Notes under the pieces: model-generated
Database searches by the model: none
What the model saw: only the letters and a program-made list of their open reading frames with translations
What the model was told of the DNA's origin: nothing
Made by a program: the position numbers and the translations under genes
NCBI GenBank assembly: GCA_951406725.2
Contig: OX597829.1
Coordinates: forward strand, 37,138,001-37,202,000
Length of the DNA: 64,000 nucleotides
Origin: Octopus vulgaris
Lineage: Eukaryota
Reading direction: 5' to 3'
Shown here: positions 39,570 through 51,989 of the stretch, in pieces
Layout of the letters: the number at the start of each line of letters is the position of its first letter
How positions within the stretch are numbered: position 1 is the stretch's first letter

Positions 39570-40500
39570 TTATTTTCTGTACATTCTTAGTTTTTATTGT
39601 ACCTGCACATTTGCTGTTCACAAAAACTACTTTCTCTGATAACCTTCCTGTGATTCTGCTGCCCCTTTTCTGTGTCCATAGTTTTTACTAGGTACACTGT
39701 ATGGAGTTTCTACCAACACCTTCTCTACATATTGAGCCATCTCTCTGAAAGGGTTGGTGATTTGTCTGTTTTCCAACTTATTAGGACTTTGTTCTTTACT
39801 AAATTAACTCTAAGACCCTTTGATTCCACTCCTTGGTTATAGCCTGGAGGACTATGATGAACAAGAGGGTGCTGAGAACCAACCATTGGTTAACTCCTGC
39901 CTGTATACTAAATTCATTTCTACACTCATTGCCAACTTTCATCTTACTAATAATATCCTGTTCATAGCTTATACAGCTCTCAACAACTATTCTTCTATCC
40001 CTAGTTTCTGCACTGATCACCAGATAAGGGAGCAGGCATTCTGTCAGGAAAAGCCAAGTACAGAGGTTTATTTTTGGCTAAATGCTTCTCTTGCAGTTGC
40101 CTTACTAGGAAGATAGCATCAATAATGCTTCTTTCTGACACAAAACCAAACTGCATCTCACCTAGGTTAACTCTCTTCCTAATTAGTTGAGCTATGACCC
40201 TTTCTGTAACTTTTATAACCTGGTCCACAATTTGATAACTCTGTAATTATTTCTTAGAAAGGCATCAATTTTACCTTTGTAGCAGTTGACTATAGTGCTG
40301 CCATGCCATGCATTGGCTATGACTCCCTTGTGGACAACCTGATTAACTATACAGTTGACTAGACTATATTAACTAGATAATTTAAGCATCTCAGTGGTAA
40401 TTCCTTATGAGCTAGGAGCTTCCTATCTTTCATTGGTTTATCTACCAGGCTGCCACCTATTCAAATAGCTGGTCTATCTGTAGGGTCCAACCACTGAAAT
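39570..40500 (-). mobile_element. RTE-like LINE RT fragment
   Basis: MQFGFVSERSIIDAIFLVRQLQEKHLAKNKPLYLAF and GVNQWLVLSTLLFIIVLQA. Confidence 0.8.
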
Positions 40501-42901
40501 TTATTTCCTTCTGATGGTGGGGTAGATGGCACAATAATTTTTAATTTGTATTGTTTCATATGCATTCACTAATACCAATTTACTACATGTATATGTGTGC
40601 AAAATGCACATGACTGTACTTCCCGATCACTGAGTCTCAGAAATAGCTTCAAAGGAATCTCTGCATTCTCCTTTCTCTTATCTGTGATATTAGAGTATGA
40701 ACTCTTTGTATATCTTCCTATCTATGAAGAACTACTATGGGCTTAGACTTGAAATAAAATAGTTTACTGTCATTAGCTTGACTGCTACATTTGCTATAGC
40801 CAGCTCTTGGTTTGCCTGGATGGCATCTTCTGTCATTTGATGTTGGAGTTTAAATATTTGACCTGGTTTAAGCACCAATCTGTCTATATCTGTTATATGT
40901 CTTTTTACCTTTACTCAGTATTTACATTAATAAATGTATATTTTCCGTATATTTTAATTTCCACAGTGCATGTAAACACATTACACACACATCCATAAGT
41001 TCACAAATACATGCACCCGAAATTGCTGACTGCACAAATACACCGTTGTTACCAAGACAATACTAATATAAAAGAAGCAACCACTACCAAAGTCCTTGGC
41101 CAAGTATCTGCCTATACCTGTGTCTTGTATTTTTATTGAAGTACTTTTTGGCCCAAAAGTTAAAATTCATAAAAATGTTTGTTTCAAAGTTAAAACCGTA
41201 GATAAACTTTTTATGATTAATCATCCTAATTAATCCCTTTTTAAAGTTAATAAAGTTAAAACAATGCATAAAGTTAAGATAAGGTTAAAAAATGAAGATT
41301 CATAAAAAAAAATTTTTTTTTTTTTATTAGATACTGCGAAGAATAAATAAATTCATTGATATCTGCTTTTATGTATTGATTAAACCTAAATTTGAGATAT
41401 ATTTCTGCTAGTTTTTATTGGAGAATTTGTACTGGACTACCTCTTTGGAGTTATTTTTAACACTCTCTATGGTTTGTCCTACCCTCCAATGTTGAAAATT
41501 ATTTGACACTATGTGCATCCAGTCATTTGAACACAAACAAAAGTCTAGAATATCTATACAGTTTTTCTCTAAGAGAAATTTCTGGCTTTAAGGGACTTTT
41601 ACCAATATTGGTTATTGGTGATTGATACTAACTGCTAATATTGATTATTTGCATCATTTTTCCAATTCATGTAACAGGCCTCTTTAAGAATAGAATTATT
41701 TATTACAATCCAATTATAAGTGTATCTACTTAGTTTTAATTCTTTGTGCCTGTTATGTAGGAATTTTAAATGTACCATCAAAAGTAAGTACTTTTCCTTA
41801 CTATTATTTTCACTATACCTAAATGTACAGAATGCTGGATATTTCTTAATATTTCTGTATATATTTTTTATGTATTTTTAAAATTTGTTGTTAACTATTT
41901 TATGTAAATTTTTATCTGAGATTAATTGAACTGAATCAGCTGTTGTGCTGCTAGGATTTTTTGGAAGTTGATTCTGGAGTATTTTTGTCATTGCCTTATT
42001 GAGCTCACTAGTCCAAGTTTGAAAAGTCTCTTTGATTTTTATTAATAAGTCACTGTCATGTCAATCTATGTGCTGAAAATATGTTGATATGCTTCATGCA
42101 AACTCAGTTGAAAATTGCAAGAGCTGATCAAAATGTATTTTTAATTGTTGATGAAAGTGAGATTGATGACAAAAAAAATTGTTAATGTTCTTATTGGTTC
42201 AGTTAAAAATCCTCAAAAAACATTCTTAATAGAATACTTGTCACTCACATCAGCTCTAACTGCTGTAGTCACTGCTCCAATCATCGATGATTTGTAGTCT
42301 TGTGAAATCCCATGTAGCCAAGTCCAAAATGGAGATAGTTTTTCTACTATTTTCAATGTGGAGCATTGTGTCATCTGAAGCATGAAATTATTATACAAAA
42401 TCCAGAAATAAAGTATCTATCCACCAATGTGGTGTTTAGCACTCAATTTGACTCTTTGCCACTATCATGTACACACGCACATAATATATTTTCATGTATG
42501 TCTGTCTGTACATTCATGTATAATGTATAAAAAGGTATATCATACATGTGTATTTATCTTTTATCTTGTACTTGTTTCAGTCAGTGGACTGTAGTCATGC
42601 TGGGACATTCAGTTGAAACAAATCAATTCCGTTACTTATTTCTTAAATTCTGGTACTTATTCTAACAATCTCCTTTGCCATACTTCAGTAAAAACCTCAT
42701 ATCAATAAATTTGCATTTATATTATATGGTTTGAAGGTCTTTGTCAGTATTCAGGCTGATACAAGCACTGGTATTTTACTGAGGATTTGTAATAAAGGCA
42801 TTAGTATGTATATGTTTATGTATGTCTGTTTATGTTTGTATGTGCTTGTTTCTTAGAGGTATGAGTATGATATCTGTATCCTCATTCATTCAAAATCAAA
42901 C

Positions 42902-42947
<46 letters not shown>

Positions 42948-42976
42948 CCCTGTAAATTTGGATTTATTCCCAATAA

Positions 42977-43029
<53 letters not shown>

Positions 43030-43033
<4 letters not shown>

Positions 43034-43156
43034 GCAGTGTGGCAGATGTTTGTAAGCCATTTAAGAACACACAAAAACTGTTAGATTCACTTCAACATTT
43101 AAATTTAATTTGTGTCAGAATATTTTCGTCACATTGAAACTGTGACTTGTTCACTG

Positions 43157-43160
<4 letters not shown>
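43030..43160 (-). mobile_element. Short HHR-bearing repeat in (TA)n with G3-C8 hammerhead core (43113-43157)
   Basis: Minus strand UCA-GUGAACA-A-GUCAC(AGUUUCAAU)GUGAC-GAA-AAUAUU-C-UGA; homologous plus-strand copy at ~34870-35003. Confidence 0.7.
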
Positions 43161-43206
<46 letters not shown>

Positions 43207-43207
<1 letters not shown>

Positions 43208-43355
43208 GGCGTTAGGAAGGGCATCCAGCTGTAGAAACATTGCCAGATAAGACTGGAGCCTGGTGCAGCCTTCTGGCTTCCCAGATCCCCAGTCGAACCG
43301 TCCAACCCATGCTAGCATGGAGAACGGACATTAAACGATGATGATATAAATATAT

Positions 43356-43420
<65 letters not shown>

Positions 43421-43575
43421 CATCATCATCATCATTTAATGTCTGCTTTCCATGCTGGCATGGGTTGACTGAGGGCTGACAAGCCAGAAGGCTGCACCAG
43501 GATTCAATCCGATCTGCCAAAGTTTCTACAGCTGGATGCCATTCTTAATGCCAACAACTCTGAGAGTGTAGTGGT
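43207..43575. mobile_element. Two family B (GAT)n-tailed repeats tail-to-tail around (TA)n
   Basis: 43207-43345 (+) and 43420-43575 (-) are mutually reverse-complementary. Confidence 0.8.
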
Positions 43576-44704
43576 TGTATGGAAGCTGGTGTTGAGTGCA
43601 TGTCTTCTTTCTCCTTCTTTCTTCTGTTCCCTGGCCTCTTCAATGTAGCGTCTGGCTTGGGCTGGACAGTTTGACAGGTACGTCAGATTGAAGGACCTTG
43701 TTTTACCCGTTTCTCTGTATAGGCATGGTTTCTAAGGCTGGATGCCCTTTCTATCACCAACCACTTCACAGAACATACTGGGTGCTTTTTTTCATGGCAC
43801 CAGTATTAGTGAGGTTACCTTGAAATTTACAAGATTATAGAGCACACTTGACTGAGTGGGAAAATAGCAGAGAGGGAGGTGGGTTTATTACAAGTGTTAA
43901 GTGGTTGTATGATGAGAAGGATAGGAATATATTTGTCAGTATGAAGCAAATTCATGCTTACTTATATGTTGGGTAAGCATAAATTTATACACACACACAC
44001 ACATATATATATGAATGGCTAGGTGGATCCAGAAAGAGGCTTAAAGACCATGCTGATGAGATGCTAAAGCAGAAAAGTGATTAGAAGGGAGTGTTGAATG
44101 GAAGATCAGAAAGGGTGGAGGGTTAATGGTTGCAAGGATTTGGGGGAAACTGAGAGATGTTTCTATATACATATAAATTAAAGAATGACAAGGGAGCAGG
44201 GATTACTAAATCAACTTCATAGCTTACAGCTGTTTCTGCTATAACAAGCATTACACTCAAAGCCATTAAACTGAAGTGTATGTTTATTTCAGAAAGCATT
44301 TAAAAACATAGAAATGATTACTTTCAGAACCATATATTTAAATAAAAAAGTGTAATATTGTTTGATTCTGTGTCTATTATGGCATTTCATTGGGGCTTAG
44401 AAATGCTTGGTGGCACCCAGGAGTAGTTACCAGGTTGTGGCTGAGAATAGTTTCAAAGCCAAAGTGAGAATCAGGTGAGACCCAGTATACCCATCCATCC
44501 CTAAGGATGCTGCAGCTGAAAACCAAAGTATTCTCTCTACCCTGACACCCCTGTCACAACTTTATTGACTTTAAAAAGACCTTTGACTATGTTTGGTATA
44601 ATGGTTTGTGACAACCTATGAAGAATTCCAACTTCAATAACAACTACATGAAAGTAATCCAAGTACTATATGGAAACTCAAGCAGTGCAGTTGTCCTGAA
44701 CAAC

Positions 44705-45452
44705 ATCAAGAAGAGAAAAGATCAGGCCAGTGAGATGGTGGAGAGGCCACTAGCATTTTGGGACACTGTCATATTCTCTGAAGAGTCCAGATTTGCTGTA
44801 TTTCCTGACAGTGGTTGAGTGTGGGTCTGGAGACTCTGTGATCAAGAATTTGATGTGAGAAGATTGCAGCCAACAATGAAACACAGCAGCTATTCTGTGG
44901 TGGTCTGAGGAGTAATTTGGAGCAATGGTTGACCAGAGTTAGTGGAGTGTGAGGGAAACATAAACTGAGATAAATATGTGTCCATATTGCAGAATTAACT
45001 CCTTTCAGTTTTCTCCAGTGGTGAAATGATTAAAGAAGACTCTTTAGTTATGGAAGATGGGGATCCTTGTCACATGGCTAAAATGACAAGATTTGGATGA
45101 GAATAGTATTAAAAAGCTTCCACTGCCAAGCCAGTCACCAGATAAGAACCCTATTGAACACCTCTGGGACATAATGGACAGAACACTTCATAAAAAGAAC
45201 AAGAAGACATCTTCAAAGCCAGATCTTTTAAGACTGCTGCATGAAACTTGGCAAGAAATTCTGCAAGAGAATATTTGTCATCTGATCAGTAACATGCCTT
45301 GCATGAAAAGTGCAAGGGCATGTCTACTAAATATTAAATATTCACATTATAACAATTAATAAATAATTTGAATGTATAATTTCAGATTTAAATAAATTTG
45401 AATGATTATAAGGCTGTCTATTTACTTCTGTCATGTTTGTGTATGTATACTA
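44705..45452 (+). mobile_element. Tc1 (DD34E) transposase fossil, 5' truncated
   Basis: WDTVIFSEESRF, MEDGDPCH, PSQSPDKNPIEHLW motifs with stops and frameshifts. Confidence 0.8.
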
Positions 45453-46089
45453 TAATGCAGAAAGCTGCTTATTAAGTATGTAACAATTACTAAAAGTACT
45501 AAAAGAAAGCAATATTAAAAGCTTGACCGTCTGGAAATATTTTTATAAATTCATGTTCTAAGAAATTTCCTATAATTTCAGTTTCTGAAGATTATTGAAT
45601 TTTTTTAAACTCCAAATTCTTGCAAATTTAAATATTCATTGCATTCACTGCATCCAATTCTTCATAAATTTAAATATTCATTGCATTCACTGTGGAGTAT
45701 ATTTTAATGTTTAATAATTAACACTATTAATTCGTTGCAGGCAACATTTTACATTTGTATTTGTAACAGTTTCTCATTCTCACTTCTATTTTCATTAATG
45801 ATGATTTAATAATGGCTGTATAACTTTGATATGATACACAATTTCAAGAATGTTATCAGTTTCCAGAGTTTGTTAAAAGAATATTTTTCATTAAAATTTA
45901 AATGTTTTTAATATATCGGTATAATTTTAAAGTGATTTTGTGTTGAATGAATGCATGCTATTACACAAAATAGCTATATAACTTTGATATGGAACACAAT
46001 TTCAAGAATATTATCAGTTTCCTGAGTTTGTTAATGAATTCAAAATCAAACTACCCAATGACTTTTGCCTTGAAAGTGATTCTTTTTCA

Positions 46090-46715
46090 GATCTATATGA
46101 TTTTGTATGTATGCTGACCTCAAAAATAATTTCACAAATCTTATGTGGCTTGCCAATACAGCCATTGTTACTCCAATAAATGAAGCAGCACAATTTGTGA
46201 ATGATTTTCTGTTGACCAGGATCCCTGGTGAGCTAAAAATATACAGAAGTTCAGAGTTCATCAACAAACTTACACCATCAGGGTTTCCACCACACATTCT
46301 CAAACTGAAGAAAAAACGATGTATAATGTTTCTGAGAAATTTAGATGCTACTAATGGACATTGCAATGGCACAAGCTAAATTATTGTCAGTTTACATGAT
46401 CATGTTATTGAGGCTGAGGCTGCTTCTGGTCCTTATGCAGGATCAACTCTGCTAATCCCAAGAATACCACATGTATCTCAAGAAATGGAATTTCTATTTC
46501 TTGTCAAGCCAGCTTTTGCCTTGACGTGCAGCAAGGCACAGGGACAGACTTTTGAACAAATTGGAATATATCTTCCGACACAATTCTTCTCGCATGGTCA
46601 GCTGTATGTTGCATTATCTAGAGTTCGAAAGAAGGCTAATGTAAAATATTGGCTGAGAAAAATGGAAACAATATGATTACTGACAATTGTGTCTACAAGG
46701 AGACACTACTTTAAA
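46090..46715 (+). mobile_element. Helitron RepHel (PIF1-type helicase) C-terminal fossil
   Basis: AIVTPINE, INKLTPSGFPPHILKLK, IMFLRNLD..NGHCNGT, PAFALTCSKAQGQT, FFSHGQLYVALSRV. Confidence 0.85.
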
Positions 46716-46934
46716 GCAAAATATGCTTTTTAGCAAGTTTCAGTAAATAGAATTAACACATAAATTATATGTAATGTAACATATTTTTGTGTGGAATTGA
46801 ATTGTTTTGGCATATTTCAACACATGCCGAATGAAGGTTATTGTTATATTACATCATTTTAAATTTGGGTATATTTGAAAAAGTAAGAAAATGCCATTCC
46901 CATGTGTTCTCACACCACCAGAATTGTGTTTGTT

Positions 46935-46980
<46 letters not shown>

Positions 46981-47978
46981 CGTGTACATCCATCCATCCA
47001 TCTAGCTAGCTATGCACACCTATGTAAGTTCTACCAATTATTAATAATAAATATATATAAAAGATTGATTTTTTAAAAAACGAGAGATTATGGCTATGAT
47101 AGAATAATGAAAGCAATATTTACTAAGCAAGTGAGCACCGTTATACAAAGAAATAATTAGATATGAAAATTATTAGAATTGGGAATCAAATGTGGAAATA
47201 TTATTGAGTGGGTAGTATTATGTTATTTTGCTCAGGTTACCTGTAAATTTTACATTATCCATTCATCATATATTCATTAGTTATGACATAACACTGAATA
47301 GAGAGAATGGGCTTACTTTGAGGTTTGCTCTTCAAATTCACTTTATACCCATTTCCTTGTTCCATTATATTACATTAGTCTTTTGCACTAACATACTTGT
47401 CATTTTGTTTTAACCTACCTGAAGGTGACAATAAATGAAATAAATACTTTCAAGTTTACAACAGTAAATGAAGTTTCTTGCTTTCTGTTATTCAAACAAC
47501 TATGGAATAGTCTGTTGTATTTACCTTTTAAATTTCAAATTTGCAACTTACTTTTCCCTATTTATGTAACGTTTTCTTTTTTTCCAAAATAATTCATTAT
47601 TTACATACAAGCAGTGCATTTTAGTGAAAATCTATTTATATTCCATATAAAGAAACTTTTGCTTTCCCTTAGTTAAAATAGTTCTTCTTATATTAACAAA
47701 AGTGTAAAGAAAAAAGAAAATTACTCTACATATTTTCTTAAAGGTTTATTATATAATTTGCTTATTTTTTTCCAATAAATTACATTTTTGTTATTAGCAA
47801 CTGAAGTAGTATTGGTTCAGAATGGCATTCTGTAAATCCTACATAATATGGATATACTGTGGAAAGCCACAAAGATGCAGTATTCTTCATAAGAAAGATT
47901 CTTACATTGAATTATTGTGCTAAAGTGCAAAAAATGGTATCAGTAGTAGGTGAGAAGTGTTCTGTAGCAGTGGTGGAA

Positions 47979-48024
47979 TTGCTAAACCCAAATTTCTGTG
48001 TTTTTATACATCATCAGTGGCAAG
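47979..48024 (-). ncRNA. Minimal type-I hammerhead motif (core intact) within a fold-back repeat
   Basis: UUGCCA-CUGAUGA-UGU...ACA-GAA-AUUUGGGU-U-UAGCAA; inverted decayed twin at ~48241-48287. Confidence 0.6.
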
Positions 48025-48433
48025 TATCCACTAATAACTGCATGCTTGGCTTTGTAAATCATATCCATGTTAAGTAAGATATACAGAATGCTATTCTGAA
48101 CCAATACTGCTTCCATTGCTGGTAACAAATTAGCAATGGAGTTTGTTATTATCAATAACAAATTCCATTTTTACCTAGCCCACTAGTTATTTGCAACAGT
48201 AGAGGTTAAATTTTTCTATGCATGTAGTTGATAGTAGATCCTTGCCATTGATGATGTACACAGACACATAAATCCAGATTTAGTAATTTCACAACCACTT
48301 CTGAATGTTTTTCATCTACTACTTAAACATCTATATGAGAAGTTTTCTCAAGATGAGTGCTATGGTTTTGTAGCTTTCTACAGTATATCCACTTTGAGTA
48401 ATGTATACTAAATAATGCTAAACATTATTTTCA

Positions 48434-48655
48434 TTTCGTTTTTGGATTTGGTTTGCAAGATTCTTTATATGAGTTCGTGTGTTGAAGCATATTCTGTTGT
48501 GTCTGGGGAGAGTCATTTTCTTTTTGTGCCTTATAATGTAACACACTCACCGGTAAAATTTCCACTTTTTTCTTATTTTTATTTTCCTAAAATTTTCATT
48601 GCATCTTGCAACCTTTTCAACAATTTTGACTCTGTCCGTTATTTACACTGCGTTC
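48434..48655 (-). mobile_element. Second copy of the U3-A8 hammerhead-bearing short element
   Basis: Colinear with 29692-29890; minus strand UUG-UUGAAAA-G-GUUGC(AAGAU)GCAAU-GAA-AAUU-U-UAG at 48586-48625. Confidence 0.7.
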
Positions 48656-48677
48656 CTTTTTGTTTGTTTGTGCACAT

Positions 48678-48717
<40 letters not shown>

Positions 48718-49199
48718 CTATACATGCATGTACGTATGTATGTGTGTGTTTGCATGTGTATGTATGTATATATGTGTGTGTGTATGCATATGTATATATG
48801 TACGTATGTGCATCTGTATGTACGTATCCTGCATATTTATGTGCTTTCATGTCTGTGTTTGTGTATTTTCTATGTATGTGTGTGAGCATGTGTTTGTATA
48901 TGTATGCACCTCTGTCTCCTTGTGTGTGCATGTCTGTGTGTGTGTATGTGTGTGTGTTATGCAACTATGTACCATGTTTGTATGTATGGATGTGCATCTT
49001 TATATGTGTGGATCCGTGTCTGTTCTTATAGCCTATGTACCTATCTGTCTGTATGTTGATTTGTTTATTTTCATATCTATATGCTTACATACAGAAAAAA
49101 AAATGGTGCATACATACACACACTCACACCCACACATACACATACATTTATCTACCTAACAGTCCACTAACTATTCTACTCTACCTATGTAAACTGTGG

Positions 49200-49860
49200 G
49201 TATGGAGGTATTATATTTACTATGTATATTTCCTATTTAGTATTGAGGAGGTTTCATTTTTAAGGACGTACTCCAGTATTTATCTGAGTTGGGTCTTTGA
49301 TAAGATGCGGATGTCAAGTTGACCCAAGTTACCTCCATGGTTGTCTTTGGCGTGTTGGTAGAGTATGGAGGACTGTTTTCTGTCGTCATATTGTCTTAGA
49401 TGTTCATTTATTCGTTCTGCAATGCTCCTAAACATCTCCCCTATGTACGTCATGTTCATGTCCTTACAAGCACCTTCTATGCATCTTATGCTGTAAATTA
49501 CATTTCGAGTTCTACAGTTAATGCCAGGGCTAATCCTACATACCATGCAGTTATCATTGGTGCATATGGTATTCTTAAAGGGGTACGTCCAACATAGTTG
49601 TGATCTGATGGAGTTCCCTGGTCTTTCAACAATCTTAATGTTGAGTTTGGTCTCCTTCAGAGCTTTTCTAAATCTACGGGCTAGTTCTCCATGGGCTGTG
49701 GCCTCTACAAACATCACTCCTTGATATTTGTCAGTTTTATACCATGTGTTCACCCTGTTTGCTTTGTCACAAGTTCTTTGTATTCTATTCCATTCTTTGT
49801 TTCTATATCTAGGGCAGGTACCACTGGTATCATTACGTATAATGTTATCTAATTTCTTTC
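49200..49860 (-). mobile_element. Penelope-like element GIY-YIG endonuclease fragment
   Basis: ORF 49280-49888: CRTRNVIYSIRC...YIGE.FRSIAERINEH...QH...H (GIY-YIG with a CCHH arrangement), upstream Cys cluster. Confidence 0.8.
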
Positions 49861-49965
49861 TAGCCCCACCCTGTATACTTATTTTCATTTTGTGTTATTA
49901 AACTTTGAAGTATTTTTTATCTTGATTTACCTTATTGTAATGTTGTTTCTCTTTATTTATTTCAG

Positions 49966-51234
49966 AGATTAATAGATAAAAGCAAAGTTACTTGTATTAA
50001 ATGGATTCCAGGATCTCGAAACCAGTTTCTAGTTTCACATGCAAGTGGACAAATATATGTATACAATGAAGAGCTCCCATGTTGTGGAGCACCTCCTCAC
50101 TATCAGCCTTTCAAACAGGGAGATGGATATTCAATATACACATGTAAGACCAAAAGTACTCGGAATCCGCTATATCGTTGGCTTGTTGGACAAGGTGCTA
50201 TCAATGAGTTTGCATTTTCTCCTTGCTCTCGATTCTTAGCTGTTGTTGGACAGGATGGTTATCTTAGGGTATTCAACTATGATTCCATGGACTTAGTTGG
50301 ATCTATGAAAAGCTATTTTGGTGGACTTCTTTGTGTATGTTGGTCTCCTGATGGCAAATATCTTGTTACTGGTGGAGAGGATGATTTAGTTACTGTCTGG
50401 TCATTTCATGAAAAAAAAGTAATTTGTAGAGGAGAAGGACATCGGTCATGGGTTAATGTAGTAGCCTTTGATCCTTACACATCAAATTTTTCTGATACAG
50501 AAGGCTGTGATTTTAGTGGTAGTGATGAAGAATTTCATTATGGGACATTACATAACCATGAAGGGAAAAGTGAAAACTCTGTTCATGAAACTAGTGTGTT
50601 AAATCGATCAAGGACTGGATCAAATAAAAGTTTTTCTGACACTCGGACAACAAATTTTACGTCATATCGTTTTGGTTCTGTTGGCCAGGATACATTTTTA
50701 TGCTTATGGGACTTGACAGAGGATGTTCTTAAGCAACCTGTAGGTCGTACAAGGACAAGTACCATTATTGGACCAAATGCATTTAATTATATGTCCCGTT
50801 GTAATAGTCTACCAAATTCTCAAAAATCTAATTCCTTGAACACACAGGTACCAGTTGTTGATGGAAATTCTCTGCCAAATGCATCTGTGAATATCACTGC
50901 TAAATTTGCCACACTGTCTCTTGGAGATAGAAAAGATAAGGATCATGAAAAAAAGGAACACAAAAGAAATTTAAGTTTAGCTGGCAGAAGCAGTGAAAAA
51001 GTAAGCATATTGAAAACCAGTGTTCGGCCTATTGATGAGTCTTTAAAATTACTTGGAACTCCAGCTTGTCCACGCTTAGATGAAATTCCTATGTTGGAAC
51101 CTCTTATATTTAAAAAAATAGCACATGAACGGCTAACAGCTTTAGTTTTTAGAGAAGAATGCATTGTTACTGCATGTCAGGAAGGTTTTGTTTACACATG
51201 GGCTCGTCCAGGAAAAGTGGTAAGTTTCACTTAA
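49966..51234 (+). CDS. WDR20: WD repeat-containing protein 20 (WDR20/DMWD family, USP12/USP46 activator), large internal or terminal exon; N-terminal exons not seen in window
   Basis: Polypyrimidine tract + TTTCAG acceptor ending 49965; open phase-0 frame RLIDKSKVTCIKWIPGS...TRNPL...MKSYFGGLLCVCWSPDGKYLVTGGEDDLVTVWSF...YRFGSVGQDT.LCLWDLTED...KKIAHERLT...WARPGKV; donor GTAAGT at 51220 or stop TAA at 51232-51234. Confidence 0.95.
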   Translation, partial: RLIDKSKVTCIKWIPGSRNQFLVSHASGQIYVYNEELPCCGAPPHYQPFKQGDGYSIYTCKTKSTRNPLYRWLVGQGAINEFAFSPCSRFLAVVGQDGYLRVFNYDSMDLVGSMKSYFGGLLCVCWSPDGKYLVTGGEDDLVTVWSFHEKKVICRGEGHRSWVNVVAFDPYTSNFSDTEGCDFSGSDEEFHYGTLHNHEGKSENSVHETSVLNRSRTGSNKSFSDTRTTNFTSYRFGSVGQDTFLCLWDLTEDVLKQPVGRTRTSTIIGPNAFNYMSRCNSLPNSQKSNSLNTQVPVVDGNSLPNASVNITAKFATLSLGDRKDKDHEKKEHKRNLSLAGRSSEKVSILKTSVRPIDESLKLLGTPACPRLDEIPMLEPLIFKKIAHERLTALVFREECIVTACQEGFVYTWARPGKVVSFT

Positions 51235-51307
51235 ATATTTTTTTGACATGGCTAAGTGATTAAATATTTTTCTCTTATTTGGAGTTACCATTTACTACTA
51301 ACACTAT

Positions 51308-51313
51308 AATAAA
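51308..51313 (+). promoter_or_regulatory. Candidate AATAAA polyadenylation signal for the read-through WDR20 isoform
   Basis: AATAAA 73 nt after the stop with T-rich sequence downstream; weak evidence in AT-rich DNA. Confidence 0.3.
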
Positions 51314-51989
51314 TGCAATAGTTATGTTAAAATTTTAAGTTGTTTCACATCTTTTATTTTAGTTGTATTTACTATTATTCCTATGTATAGTGAGAAATGG
51401 AACACCATATCTCCCAATACGGGATTAGCGAATCGAGGCAGAAGGCTATAAGTAAAGTATGCAAACTTACCTTTTGGGGACAACTTATGTGAGGTAAATT
51501 TAATAAATACCTAATTCATTTATTTTTTAAGTCTTGTACTTATTTCATTGGTCTCTTTTGCCAAATGATTAAGTAAATAAGCCAACAATGGTCGTCAAGT
51601 AGTATGGGAGATAAACACAAAGATGCACTCACACAAACATACACATATGCATACAGACACATGCACGCTCACACACACATACACGCATAGACACATACAC
51701 ATGCACATCAGCATTATCATCATCATAATTTAATGTCCATTTTCCATGCTTGCATGGAGTAGATGGAATTTCTTGAAACAGATTATCTACAGCTAGATAC
51801 CCTTCCTATTACCAGCTTTCACCTTTTCTGAATAAGATAATATTTCCCCTATGGTCACAAATGTTACTACAAAAAATTGGTTATGAACAACACTACTTGT
51901 ATGATGGTAATGCTTATTTACACCTATTACATTCTGTCAAGACAATGGTACACACACATACATTTCATATATATATATATATATATATT

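Noticed and set aside
46107-46676. Host PIF1 helicase gene
   Set aside because: Intronless, with internal deletions and stops, and Helitron-type motifs; a TE fossil
50039-50239. ORFs overlapping the WDR20 exon in other frames or strands
   Set aside because: Short shadow ORFs of the real coding frame
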